NCBI GenBank assembly: GCA_051942245.1 | Contig: JAVECL010000153.1 | Span: 1 to 42,200 of the forward strand | DNA: 42,200 nt | DNA from: Trypethelium eluteriae | Lineage: Eukaryota | Reading direction: 5' to 3' | In this document: positions 22,416-33,749 of the stretch, one piece after another | Layout of the letters: each line of letters opens with the position of its first letter | How positions within the stretch are numbered: position 1 is the first letter of the stretch | Program-made: the position numbers and the translations under genes | The notes under the pieces: model-generated | Seen by the model: only the letters and a program-made list of their open reading frames with translations | What the model was told of the DNA's origin: nothing | Database searches by the model: none

Positions 22416-24769
22416 CTAACTACACATAACCCCTTTTCCCATCGTGAACCATGCCCAAAGAGCAATGTATCCAAAGACTACTAGCACCAAGCCCAACTTT
22501 CGGCACGCTGGATCTCTGTCGGTCTTTCCCAGATCTTCGGACCAGAATTCTTGAGCCTCAACACCAGATGGCGACATCTTGGGGAATATGCCTGGATTCC
22601 TGAGGGGACCTTTGCCAGTAGCAGAAACGGTCTCTGATGCCTCCGTATGTGCCTTGCGTAGAGACGATTCAAAAGCATCGACCGCAATACTAAGTTCTGG
22701 GTCTTGTATTCGACGTATTTCTGCAAGCGTTGTCCCCGTTGCACCACTATCGTCCTTTTGGTGAAGATGCAATCCATGGAGTTTGTTCCCCGCCAAGACA
22801 AGCAACGTTTTGGCGTCAGCCCAGCGGAAGGCGCTATGTACGATGCTGGACACATCATTTGCACGCAGCGTGTAGTCAGCTCCCCGAGAGATAAAAAGTT
22901 GGACAAGGTCAGCTTCACTATTCTGGACAAAGAAATGTAAAGGCGTGAATCCTGTATATTGCGGGAGATCGATAATGGCGCCATTTTCCAACAAGACTTC
23001 AGCACATTCAACACCGCTGTGCACAGTCGCTAGCAATGGAGTCTGTTGAAGATCATCCCTCGCATTGATATCGGCACCGTTTTCTAATAGCATGCGAAGA
23101 CATATAGGATCCCGTGTACGGTGAAGTGGCGTGCTGAATTGGCTGGTTCGGCTATTCGGGTCAGCTCTGTAGCTTAAAAGGCACTGCACGGATTGACGAT
23201 CGTCCAGACTCGCCGCCCAGAAAAGTGCTGTGCAGCTTTGGGAGTCTTTTGCATCAATATCCACTAGCCCTAACTTTGGGAAGACGTCAGGCAGGCTTCC
23301 TGAATGATTGTTATCGAGACCGAGGATAGCGTTGTGAAGAACAGAAAAACGTCGAGTTTCCATATAATCAGTCGGCGTCTTGTCGATAAATGTTTCTTTG
23401 ATCGCATGAATATGGGAGGAACGTTTCGAGAGGAACTTATTCCACGCAGTATCTATAGGTTTACTACTGTATAATTAGATTTGCCCCCGACTTCTTGAAT
23501 CATACGTACTTATTAAATTCGTCAGCCACGTACATTTCCGCTCCACAGCTCAGTAAGTATATGCAGGTCTCGATCTGATCTCGGTGAATTGCAAACTAGG
23601 GATATTAGATCTCTTGTAACTCGTGAGCGACCTGAGCACCTACATGTAGTGGCGTCAAACCGGTCGCACTGGTATCATAGGGAGAGGCTTTTTGTGACTG
23701 AAACAAACGTTGAATGCCTCGAATGTTGCCGTTATACGCATATTGAAAAATATCCGCATTGCTCGGACGTACATAGGACACCCTCAGAAGGAGTTCTGGT
23801 CGATTGTAGCCTGTCATGAACAGTCTTACAAGTACCCTTGCTAGGCAGAACCATTGCGGGAAGATATATGTTAATGTCATGGAACCATTTGAAGGTCTCC
23901 TACAACTCTGGCCGTTACATTGCAGTCTGTTGTTGTACTCCATAAAAAGAGCTCCAAGCATATGTTTGAGTGATAGTGGAGTCTTGATCATATAGAAATA
24001 GGGATATGAACAGCGGCATCACTAGCGAGCCAACAGTTTCGGCACCAAATCGCTGGTAGGCGGAACGTCTGTAGATTCCGGGCGTATACGCTCAGCCTCG
24101 GCAGCGAGTAGTGGGCGTCCGGCGATGAGCTGCGTGTGCTGGATCTGTACCCGAACCTTATCATTGTCTTCCTGGAATCCCTTCATGTAACTGTTCATTT
24201 CGTTGATTCGGAGAGCGGTAGATAAGGTCTGTACCCTGAGTGTTTAGATAGAAGTCAGCACTGCTTGAGATATGGTACAATTAGGAGATTATAGTTAACA
24301 TATATGCCTCTCCAGAATCGTTTTAGCAAGCCACGTACAGAATCGTACTCGAAAGACTACTCACAAATGAGGTTTGTATGGATTTTAACTCTGTTTGGTA
24401 ACGCTGTAGCCGCGGCTTCGCCGACAACCATGCAAGATAGTTGATCTTAAAATCGTCTTGTAGACTGGACTTGCGAATTAGGCGCTCCTTTATAAAAAGC
24501 TCCAACTTTGTTGAAGCTTCCAGAGCACGATTTAGCAAACCTAAGAGATCCCTCTTCTGTCTACAATCCAGATCGTTGGAACGCGGTAACGCCTCAAGCG
24601 CCTCTTTCGTGTTCTGGAAAACAACCTTCAGATCAGAAATCTCGGTCAACAATAACGATATCTCGTCTCCGGCTGCCATCAACGACCGGAGCTTTCCAAT
24701 GGTTTTACCAAGACTATTCGCTGCCTGGAGTACAGCGATAGCGCTTGCGCAAATTGATAACGGATCCAT
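22416..24769 (-). pseudogene. Fungal N-terminal (HeLo-like/STAND N-terminal) domain + Cys-rich linker + ankyrin repeats + C-terminal TM helix; interrupted by in-frame TAG-TGA at 24024-24019
   Basis: Exons 24769-24339, 24235-23644, 23595-23510 and 23463(or 23466)-22416 form one 719-codon frame. Starts MDPLSICASAIAVLQ...EISLLLTEISDL. Ankyrin motifs GLTPLH, TALFWA, STPLH, QTPLL, GFTPLH, LLENGADINARD. The two stops lie in exon 2. It may instead be functional as a truncated or recoded gene. Confidence 0.7.
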
Positions 24770-26244
24770 GTGATTGAGTCCGCCAAAATTCTACAAGGTT
24801 AAAACTCACCTAGTTTACCAAATTTATTAGTAAATTCTGCAATATCATTGTTCGCGAGCCGAAGGAGGTGCCTTAGGCACATAAGCAGATCTGCCTTATG
24901 CATTCCTGCGAGACTCTTACGCGGCTACAGTTCTGCCTTCCATTATAACCACTTCCCTGTTGTTCATGCAAATAAATCGGGGTCGTGGCATGAGTCTCAC
25001 GAATGGCTTCCTCGTCAAGGGCTCGGCAGAAGTGAATGATTCCCTTCAGTTCTACGTTGTCGCGCACATTTTCCATTGCATACTTAAAACTAGGTCTCGT
25101 TACGTTTATCAGTATACTCCTGAAGGAAGATTACCTTGAGTGGCCGATTTTTGGGACTTGTAGCTCGAGAACCGGGTTTCAGAACAAGGCTGCCTAGCAT
25201 ATTGCGTAAAGCTGACAAAGTCTAGAATAGGAGGCTAGCGTCAAGGTCATGAATTTAACAAGGGACGACGGCGGCACGCGGGAGGGCACACGCCGGGGTA
25301 ATGCTGAAGCTTCCACCGCACAAGGCACCATAAATTGCTATACCTCGTGCACAATTGGAGCCGGTGCGCCCATTCAGGGGTACATGGTGGTGTCTTTCTT
25401 TGCCGTGCACTAGAACACGCTTTTTTTGCTACTCCAAGCCCCGAAGTGGGGCATAGCAAAGGGGCGAGCGGTCTTAGCAGAATGCAGGCGCGAAGTTGAG
25501 CTATGTTTTGAACCCCTGTCACAAGCTTGAATACGGCTGACCTGATTGTGTGCCGAGAGAATTGCGGGTTTGGGGCGGAGCTGCACTAAAAGTGTGCAGC
25601 TGCAAGCTTTGTCCATGTTAGCTCATTGTGGCGATGTTGATGGGGGTGGGGGACACAAGCGATCGGGCAAGGAGCAAGAGTGAAGGGGTCTGGGGACCAT
25701 TCGTACGAACACACACCAGGATACTGTAGATGAATTTCGCAATAGCTTGGCTAGCTCGATCTATTAGCTTACTGTGGTGAAGGTGGTACGAAGGAAAGAA
25801 GGGATGACACAAAAAGAAGAGGGCACGAGTGGTTCTAAGCGCGGTCGGAGAGGGGGGGAAATCGGCCTGACTCTGAGAAAGGGCCTCCTTTGGGCACTTC
25901 CATGTTTAACCCTTTGCAATTCTCGTCTCTTACTGTCGAACAAAGTAACAGTTAGGAAAGCATTGTTGGACAGTTGCAGGAACGTCAAAGTGCAAGGCAA
26001 AGAGAAGCAGATACTTCGTACTCGGAACTCTTTTCTCGTGTACTCCGTATGTGCGACTAGTAACGAACAAGTTTGCGTTTCCTCGACTTTGAATTGGATC
26101 GGTGTGACATAGCGACTTCATGGGGAAATGCGGGGAAGTATAGCGTCTTTCCTTATCAATGAGATTCTTAGTGGCGAGCAGGAGCGAGGCAAGAGGAATC
26201 TTGCAACCGTTCTTTTGGATTTCTATTGCAATATCATACATTTG

Positions 26245-27356
26245 CTACAATTTGAGGGCGATGATTTTGTAGGAGCCTGTTACTCTTGAGCGAAAAGGCA
26301 ATGAGATTTGCAGTGAGGAGACTTACCAGCCCATTCATTGATGTCAATATCATCTATATCCCAGATCTCCGAACAGCCTTCGGAGCCCTCTGTATGATGA
26401 AGGTTGTTCGATGTTGTAAGATCGCTTTTGCCAGGGGCGCCACAACAACTTGTTCCGTGTGCATTCTCCGATGCACCCTCCTTTGCAGCGTCCTTGTAGA
26501 TGTTCAGGTCGCTGTTCGTATCAATAATAGCAATATCTTGCCTGATCAGCATGAGTTCATAATCTCCGGGGGTCAGGCTGTACCACTGAAGCCACTTGCG
26601 ACAAGGAACTGTTCATACTGCTCCTTCAGACTACATCCCGCCACGCAGCCCACATAAGCTGTTACGCTCATTCGCAGCTCTTTCGGAAATGGCTTTCTCG
26701 CAAGGATGTCCGAAATAGCGACCCGTCCACCTGGCTTCAAAAGGCGAGCAATTTCTGCGAAGACAGCTGGTTTCTCCACATCGGGTACGAGATTGATCAC
26801 ACAATTGGATATTACGCAGTCCGCAATTCCATCTCGGAGTCGAATATGCGTGACCTTGCTCTCTATAAATGACACATTGCTTGGCTTCCCGAGATTGGCG
26901 TGGTTTTCATGGGCTCGGGCAAGCATATCCTAAGTAACATTAGACTCGTGGCCCTTATTATTCTTGATGTCGCTATTAGCTTTGGTTGTAGGTACCTTGT
27001 TCATATCAACACCAATGGCGCGACCTTCCAGTCCAACCTTTCCAGCAGCGAGGAATACATCAAAACCGGCACCACTGCCAAGATCGACAACAGTTTCACC
27101 CTGCCATGAAGAAATGTTAGTCACACGAACCTAGACGGGGGAACTAAGGTATACAAAGCCTGACCTCACGCAAACTTGCTATTGCTAGGGGATTGCCGCA
27201 GCTGAGGCCGAGATTAGCCTCTTGGGGGACACTACTGAGCTCTCCTTCCGTGTAACCGAATGCTTGAGCAACGGCGCTGGAATACACCGGCTTTTTGGCC
27301 CTAGCCATGGAGACGTAATGTCTTTGGACTTGTTCGTAAATATGACTTGACTCCAT
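26245..27356 (-). CDS. arsM: Arsenite S-adenosylmethionine methyltransferase (ArsM/AS3MT), ~294 aa
   Basis: Exons 27356-27165, 27100-26996, 26929-26584, 26536-26327 and 26276-26245. [13 protein letters not shown] motif [46 protein letters not shown] (the conserved As-binding cysteines), and a C-terminal SCCG. Intron 3 uses an AAG acceptor. Confidence 0.93.
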
Positions 27357-27477
27357 GCTTGATAATTGGAAAGGAGGTCAATATAGAAAATATCTCTGTT
27401 GTAGACTTGGAGGAAAGCATTGCGACAGAACGTCGTCTTCCTCATATATGTAGCTCTTGCATAGCGGCGGAAAAAAT

Positions 27478-27544
27478 GTGTCGCCACAAGATGTCACCAC
27501 AAGTTATCATCTTGTCGATGTGTATGTCACCGTAAGATGTCATC
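27478..27544. promoter_or_regulatory. Array of ~13-bp direct repeats (ATGTCACC[A/G][C/T]AAG; TGACAT on the minus strand) in the arsM upstream region
   Basis: GTGTCGCCACAAG 27478-27490, ATGTCACCACAAG 27491-27503, ATGTCACCGTAAG 27524-27536, ATGTCATC 27537-27544. These lie 120-190 bp upstream of the arsM ATG. The regulatory role is inferred. Confidence 0.5.
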
Positions 27545-27628
27545 GAAGCATTCTTCGCACATGTCGGAGGATCTCTGGCACCCGGCACCTAGTGTCATGG
27601 TTCTAGACCGAGCGAAACTCTTGGATTG

Positions 27629-27650
27629 GCACGTGACTTAAATCACGTGC
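27629..27650. promoter_or_regulatory. Inverted double E-box GCACGTGA-N6-TCACGTGC upstream of arsM
   Basis: Perfect 8-bp inverted repeat gcacgtga cttaaa tcacgtgc, each arm containing CACGTG (a bHLH site). Confidence 0.5.
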
Positions 27651-27839
27651 ATGTGAGCGAGCACCCAAGGACCTCGGAGGTAGTGAAGCGCGCACTGTAG
27701 AATTAGAACCTTCATGCTTAGAGTTTCGTACGGACCAATATGAAGCTATTCAGCTGCTTTGACGTCTTCGACAACTAGCGCCTACTCAGACGCATTACGA
27801 GCGTCAACGCAATGCGAAAAGCACTTGTCGATCTGGTGC

Positions 27840-28735
27840 TCACACTATTTCAGCCAGAACACTAAAGAGAACCTTGTTGTCGATACGACAACCCTCCGAT
27901 GATGTAGCTCCATGTTTGTATCCTTTTCGAAGCTTGAGCTCCAAATCTGCAATGCTATAGCCTTTCGAATTGTTCATGAAGATGAGCGAGAACGCCAGTG
28001 AGCAAAGAGTTGTTGTATCTGCAGTATTCGTCCTTGGTGTTAGATCGTCCATTGTTTGTTCCATCAAAGAATGGTCTGATACATGCGCGGGACACTGCAG
28101 GTGTAACCCAGCTTGTGATTGCTCCAACAAGAAGTCTGTGCCTGACGGAATAGCAAGGGGCTCCCGTGGAAAAGCTACTGCGACGTCTGGAGGCGTAACA
28201 TCTAATCTTGTGCTTGGTATGAAGTCAGAAATCTCAATTCGCCCGTCACCATCTGCATATTGAGGCAGACCAGGCTAATATAGTTAGATCTGAGATACCT
28301 TCTCCCAAAGCAAGACATCCACTTACTCGTATGCTAGGCGTCGGAGAGGTAAGCGGAGGCGAGGTAACTTCAACCTCACAACGGCTCGTATTGCCAGCAA
28401 CGTTTTGCGAGGCTTTAAGATACGCTCTGAGAAAATTCTCTTCCAGGCCAAGGGATTGCAAAAGCCTTTTCAGGGAATCATTCTCTGCAGTAACTTGCTT
28501 CAGCTGTAGATTTGCACAAGACTGACTGCTTGTGATCTCGCATTGGTGTATCCTTTTCTCAAGTTCTGCAATGTATTCTTTACGACGAGCTCGACAACGA
28601 CGCTGATTTGTCCGAACGCGCTCAAGTTCTGCAGCCTGTCGGTAATGAGCTAGTGGCTGTGCACATTGGGGATGATAGATTCATGATTACTTTGGATTTA
28701 AAGACGCGACCACTTCTAGCTTTGTTGGCAGGCAT
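27840..28735 (-). CDS. Cys-rich bZIP transcription factor, ~262 aa
   Basis: Exons 28735-28691, 28635-28327 and 28274-27840 (GT-AG). Basic region ERVRTNQRRCRARRKEYIAELEKRI followed by a zipper (LQLKQVTAENDSLKRLL). C-terminal domain DTTTLCSLAFSLI...LRKGY...EGCRIDNKVLFSVL. The ORF track shows it only in fragments. Confidence 0.85.
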
Positions 28736-29596
28736 GCTTAGAAAGCTTGGGAAGCAATGCAAATATGCCTTGTCGGTGTAAAGTATAGACTAAGCACAAT
28801 GGCTGAGTGAGTATATCAGCCTTGAGGCTAGACCTCACTGACGGATTTGTCATGGATATAACGTATCATTGGCAATTTGAACGTCCTTAACATTCAATAG
28901 TACTAATAAGATCAAGGGGTTTTTTTTGGGCGCACTCTCATTACTCTATGACGTTGTTGAGAGGGTCCAAGGCAAATTTAGTGGCTTACACTCATTCTAG
29001 TGCAACTGAAGCAGCATCCGCGTGATAACGCAAAAGGAGCCAAGCAAATTATATCTGCCAACCATCGGTGCTAATCAGGGTATACGGTAGAGGAAGTATG
29101 CGGGGTAGATGAGATGACGCGGCAGTGGTGAACATTACGACGGCAGCGAAGCCAGTATCCTAGCACAAACAGCAGAGTACCGCCCCAACAAAGTATGTGC
29201 TTTTTTGGCGCTTGTAGTGGGTCAGCTCGAGGGTATTTCATTCGGTACACAACGGTCTGACTGGCTCTTCCAGAGATGGTGAAATCATACTAGCCATACA
29301 GGAATCTTAGACTGTGGGATATTTACATAAGTCAAAATATGGTACCCTTATTTCTGCTACTCTAATCTCTAAAGTTGGGCTCAGCTGAGCGGTCTAAGCA
29401 GAAGGTACACAGGCACGAATTAGTAGCGTGAGGCTAAAGAGTAGTAACATTACTATCAGCGACTAGAAACGATTTCGGTACTGCTTAAGAGTCTCTATTT
29501 CACAAGAAACAAACTGTGTGACAATGACCACCGCAATCATGATCCTCAGTCTTCACCGAAAGTCGCCAGAATGTCAGGGAGGGAGCAGAGTCTGTG

Positions 29597-31952
29597 CTAT
29601 GCCAGATAAATGCCCCTTTCCCGTGGTTGTTGTTGGTCTATTGCGGTGATGATGATCTTGCCTAGACCCAGCCGAGTAGCAATGACGCGTGCCGCCGAGT
29701 CCCATTCGACAAGCATAACATTACCAACGACCCATTCGTCCGGATATTCAAAATCTCCCATCCTCCTCTGCAAGACGTCATGCCTGGATTTTACTCGTGG
29801 TATGTATTTCGGCGGAACTGGAAGGTCTGAGTGGATGAAGCGTCTTCCCCATGACAAGAGGACGAAGTCGGCAGGATAATGGCGAAGCCGGTGTATCACT
29901 CGACCTGTTGTCAAAACCTCTCCAATACATTCATCTTCCTCGTCGACGCATTGGAACCACATACATCGATCTCGATCTGCTCGTCTGTCATGGAACCGTA
30001 TCGGTGCTCCAATATGGAAAGAGACCAGTTTAGCCTGGAAATACAAGAGGCAGCGTACTTTGTCCAAGTATTTTTGCACTATGTAGCTGTTTGGCATAAG
30101 AATGTCGGCCTCTCGCGGTGGACGAGGTTTCGAATATGGTGATATACGCACGGGTTTGGAGTAGCCTTTGACAATAGCATACATTTGAAAATCCTTCATA
30201 TTGTTCCTGACATATGATGCTATTGGAGCGAACTCTGGATAGCGCGACCAGTCGGCGACGGGACTGAAATCGACGTCCTGTGGAAACCACATGCAGTACT
30301 CACCGAAAATCCATCGAGCCCAAGACCAAGTCGGTACAATTTCATCTCGTGCTGCGCCACAATAACAATTACTCCCTGGTCGTGGGTGCCATAACAGTGC
30401 CTGTTGGAAGTATCTCTGCGGAATGCCGGCAAAAGCGAAGGGCTTAAGCTTTTGATAGGTATCAAGACTTAGTAGAAGGCATTCAACAGCAGAAAGCACA
30501 TCTTTCCTCTCGGTCAGAGAACGCCGGCTATACTCGTTCACGACCGCCATGTATCTCGGCCAAAACTCCAGTTCACGCTGGCGCTTCTTGTCCCTGAGTT
30601 TAATGAGTTGACCATAATGTCGAAAAAAATAATAGACCTCATCGATCAACCCTGGCGCTTCCTTGAATCTTCTGTCTGGCGCCCAACGGAATGGATCTAA
30701 GAGAAGTTTCAGTGTGGCTTCGGCTTACAACGAACTAGATCTTACCTGCTCGCCGCCTTATATCGTTCGATAGTCTGGATACTTCGGACGCAGTATCCTC
30801 ACACCAAACAGCGTTGGAACATTTGAAGTAAACCTGATTGTCGGTGAAAAGAAGAAGACGTTTAGAAAGGACTTTCTCCTGAAGTGTCCACCCTCGTTCT
30901 TTCCATTTGAGGCAAATGTTGTTCTGGATGGTGTGATATTTCGGAAGCGGGATAGCCAGGTCAAACCCCTTGACAATCTCTATGATTTGATTACCAAGCG
31001 CGCGTCCGATGCTGACACCCGGGATGCCAGCATTCGCATGTAGCCCGGATCCAACGGCTATCGTGACATACGCACAGCTGAATATCGCATCCATGTTGCG
31101 GACCTGGATCGTGCGGTCCTCCTCATCGTCCTGTACGATACAAAGCGCGTCCACCCAGAGGTACTTGATCCGCTGTGGAAAGCCTACACGTCGTACAATA
31201 GTCATGGCATCCTCGATAGTAGCCGGCAGCCCATTAGGGAGCATCGCAGATTCGAGACCGTTTCGATCTCGGAATATGTTAACTTTCTTGAGCCGCGGCA
31301 TAGCTTGGCCCATTAGAGGCTCTCCCCAGACATATGACAGTGCGAAATACTCGATCTTTTGCGTTGATCTCACAATGACCCTCTTCTCCACGTCAATTAC
31401 ACGAAATATGTCGTTCGGTAGACGACTTGCAGCTTGGCCATTTCGACTGCACAGGCTGACATGAGCCCTTGAGCATAGCTTCAGCCATGATTGCACTAAC
31501 TCCCAGTCTACCTGCTGAGCATCGATACGTCGGCCGAAGAATAATTTGTGCCTTGCAGTTTCCTTGTTGGCGAGGTACTGGATTCGAGACAAAATGCGCC
31601 CACCCGTTGTCCTAACCGTTAGAACACGTGCAAGCTTACCCAAACCGCTTTTCGTGCCGACTTTCAGATCCAGCTCATTAGAATAGGCATACGAGCTAGC
31701 GCCGTCATAACCAAGGCTGACGATAGAATATTTCCAAGCAAGGGTATTGTCAAGCAGCAGGCGTTCGTTACTCCTGATATGCTCGACATCCAAGAAGGCG
31801 ACAACGAGGCGACAAAATGGACAGTATGGCGCGGTGGACCAAAGCTGATCAAATGAACCGAGATCATAAGGCTTCTTAAATTCGTGGAATAGGTAATAAT
31901 CGAAGTCGATCGTGGCACAACGTGAGCACAACGAGTTCCTCCTCGTTCGCAT
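29597..31952 (-). CDS. HET-domain (heterokaryon incompatibility, PF06985-type) protein, ~768 aa
   Basis: Exons 31952-30746 and 30696-29597, intron 30745-30697 (GTAAGA...TAG). YFALSYVWG, LPATIEDAM, YLWVDALCIVQDD, MDAIFSCAYVTI, WKERGWTLQEKVLSKR, YSRRSLT...D, PTWSWARW. N-terminal CSRC...CPFC. Confidence 0.92.
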
Positions 31953-32614
31953 ATTGCCATTGCAATATCGATTCTCAGCAACATAGCTATTCGTACATCA
32001 ACAATCAAGACCACTTCAATCAAGCGAATCAACAGATCTTTGCTCGTGGTGTTGAAGGGTAGTCGAGGCTCGGCGTTTTGGGCTGTTCTCGCCAACGCCC
32101 GAATCTGCAAATCGAGAGCCGACCCTGCTTTTCAATAGATCCATCCTAAGCCACTCAGGAGATAAGAGTCGATGTCTGCCTATCTGGAAGGCGGTGTCCG
32201 TAAAAGCCTCAGCGGGGAGCCTGCCAGAGCTTGGACATAAATCGGCGGTGTTCAATGGACCCAGACCTTGCCCCATCTGTCGCGCTTGCAACTATTTAAC
32301 AGTTTTAATGGCTTCGGCGCGACGTCCTCAAGTTGAAGGTCACCATGCACCAGGCCACAATTGTGCAACGTATGCAAGCCGACAATCACACCGAGATTAA
32401 TGTAGCATTTTTGTAGCTGCAAGTGAACTCAGGTACGAGGGCATACGCAGGGAACCGAAAGCTGCAAGCTCGAGGGCAAGGCTGGATGATATTGCCAGCC
32501 GCAACTCAATTTGCAAGGATCATCACGTCCTCGATGCGCAGTATCGATAGTTTTTCTCATGACTGATACAAAGTCACAAACTATAGGGAGAGATATCCTC
32601 AAAACTTAATAGCC

Positions 32615-33749
32615 TTACACAGGATGTCCTTCCTTCAGTAGAGCCTGTCGCCTCGAGGTGGACTCAGGATCAAGGTACGGACGCTCTCCCAAACTCACTG
32701 CTCGCTGACCAGTTCGAGAATCCTCATAATCATATGTAGCAGTGTGGTAGACGCTACGATTGTCCCAAATAGCGACATCATTGGGATTTTGCCAACGATG
32801 GCGTACCTGCAGATCGTGATTTTCCGTAATCAACCGCACAAACCATCGCAGTAGATGCTCGCTTTCAAGCTCGGTAACTTCGTTTACTCGCTTTGCATGA
32901 TGGCCGACAGCGAAGACGCTCTTCCATCCAGTGACCGGGTTCGTACGAACGACAGGATGGATCGCCTTGAGATCAGTCCCAACATTCTCGGGTGCACCTC
33001 TTTCGCCACTGTACAGTTCGAAGTTATTGTTCTTAGCACTCTCTTGAAATATGGGCTGGGCGTACGTGGCAGTAAGGCCCTCCAAGAACTTTTGGTAAGC
33101 GGGAGAAATGCGGTCAAAAACCTCGTATCCCGAAGCCCAAAGTGTATCACCGCCGGTCTTTGGAAGCTCCGTCAGGCGTAGAATTGCATAGTCGCTGGGA
33201 ACTGGCTCAAACGTAATGTCACTATGCCAGCCTTCTTTGTTGCTCTGCTTCTTGCTGTTCAGTCTGTCTGCGTAGAGTTGTTTCGCCTGCTCAGAAGAAA
33301 TGACGCTGATCTCGTTGTCGTTTCCGCCAAAATTCCGGCCGCTGTTTGAAACCGGGTGGATGTGGAGGCCGGAGGTGGAGGGCTTCCCCGAGAGCTCGCC
33401 CAGCCGTTGGGCCAGCTTCTTCTGGAGATCGTTGTCGAGATTGTCCTGCTTTCTAAAGAATAAAACACCTCGTCTTGAGACTGCTTGTAATCAATTTCTG
33501 CAGCGTAAATGAACAAGTATATCAATACATACTGGTAATTGCCAGATCTCTGATCAGCTCGTCAGAATTCGGAGCCTCTAACCATTCCTTGAGACTTGCT
33601 TCCGGGAACTCTTTCCCAATTTCAGGAGTCACGTCGAAAGAGCTGAATTGATCTAAGGCGCCTGTGAGCTGCAGCGGAGCCTTATAGTGCTCTTGGAGGT
33701 TCTCGGAGCTCTGAATCTCAACTGGAACCGTCTCAGTGGTGGACGTCAT
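32615..33749 (-). CDS. TauD/TfdA-family alpha-ketoglutarate-dependent (sulfonate) dioxygenase, Jlp1-like, ~360 aa
   Basis: Exons 33749-33533 and 33480-32615. DVTPEIGKEF, RDLAITISRRGVLFFRKQ, GWHSDITFE (HxD), GGDTLWASGYE, HPVVRTNPVTGWKS, IWDNRSVYHTATYDY. Confidence 0.92.
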
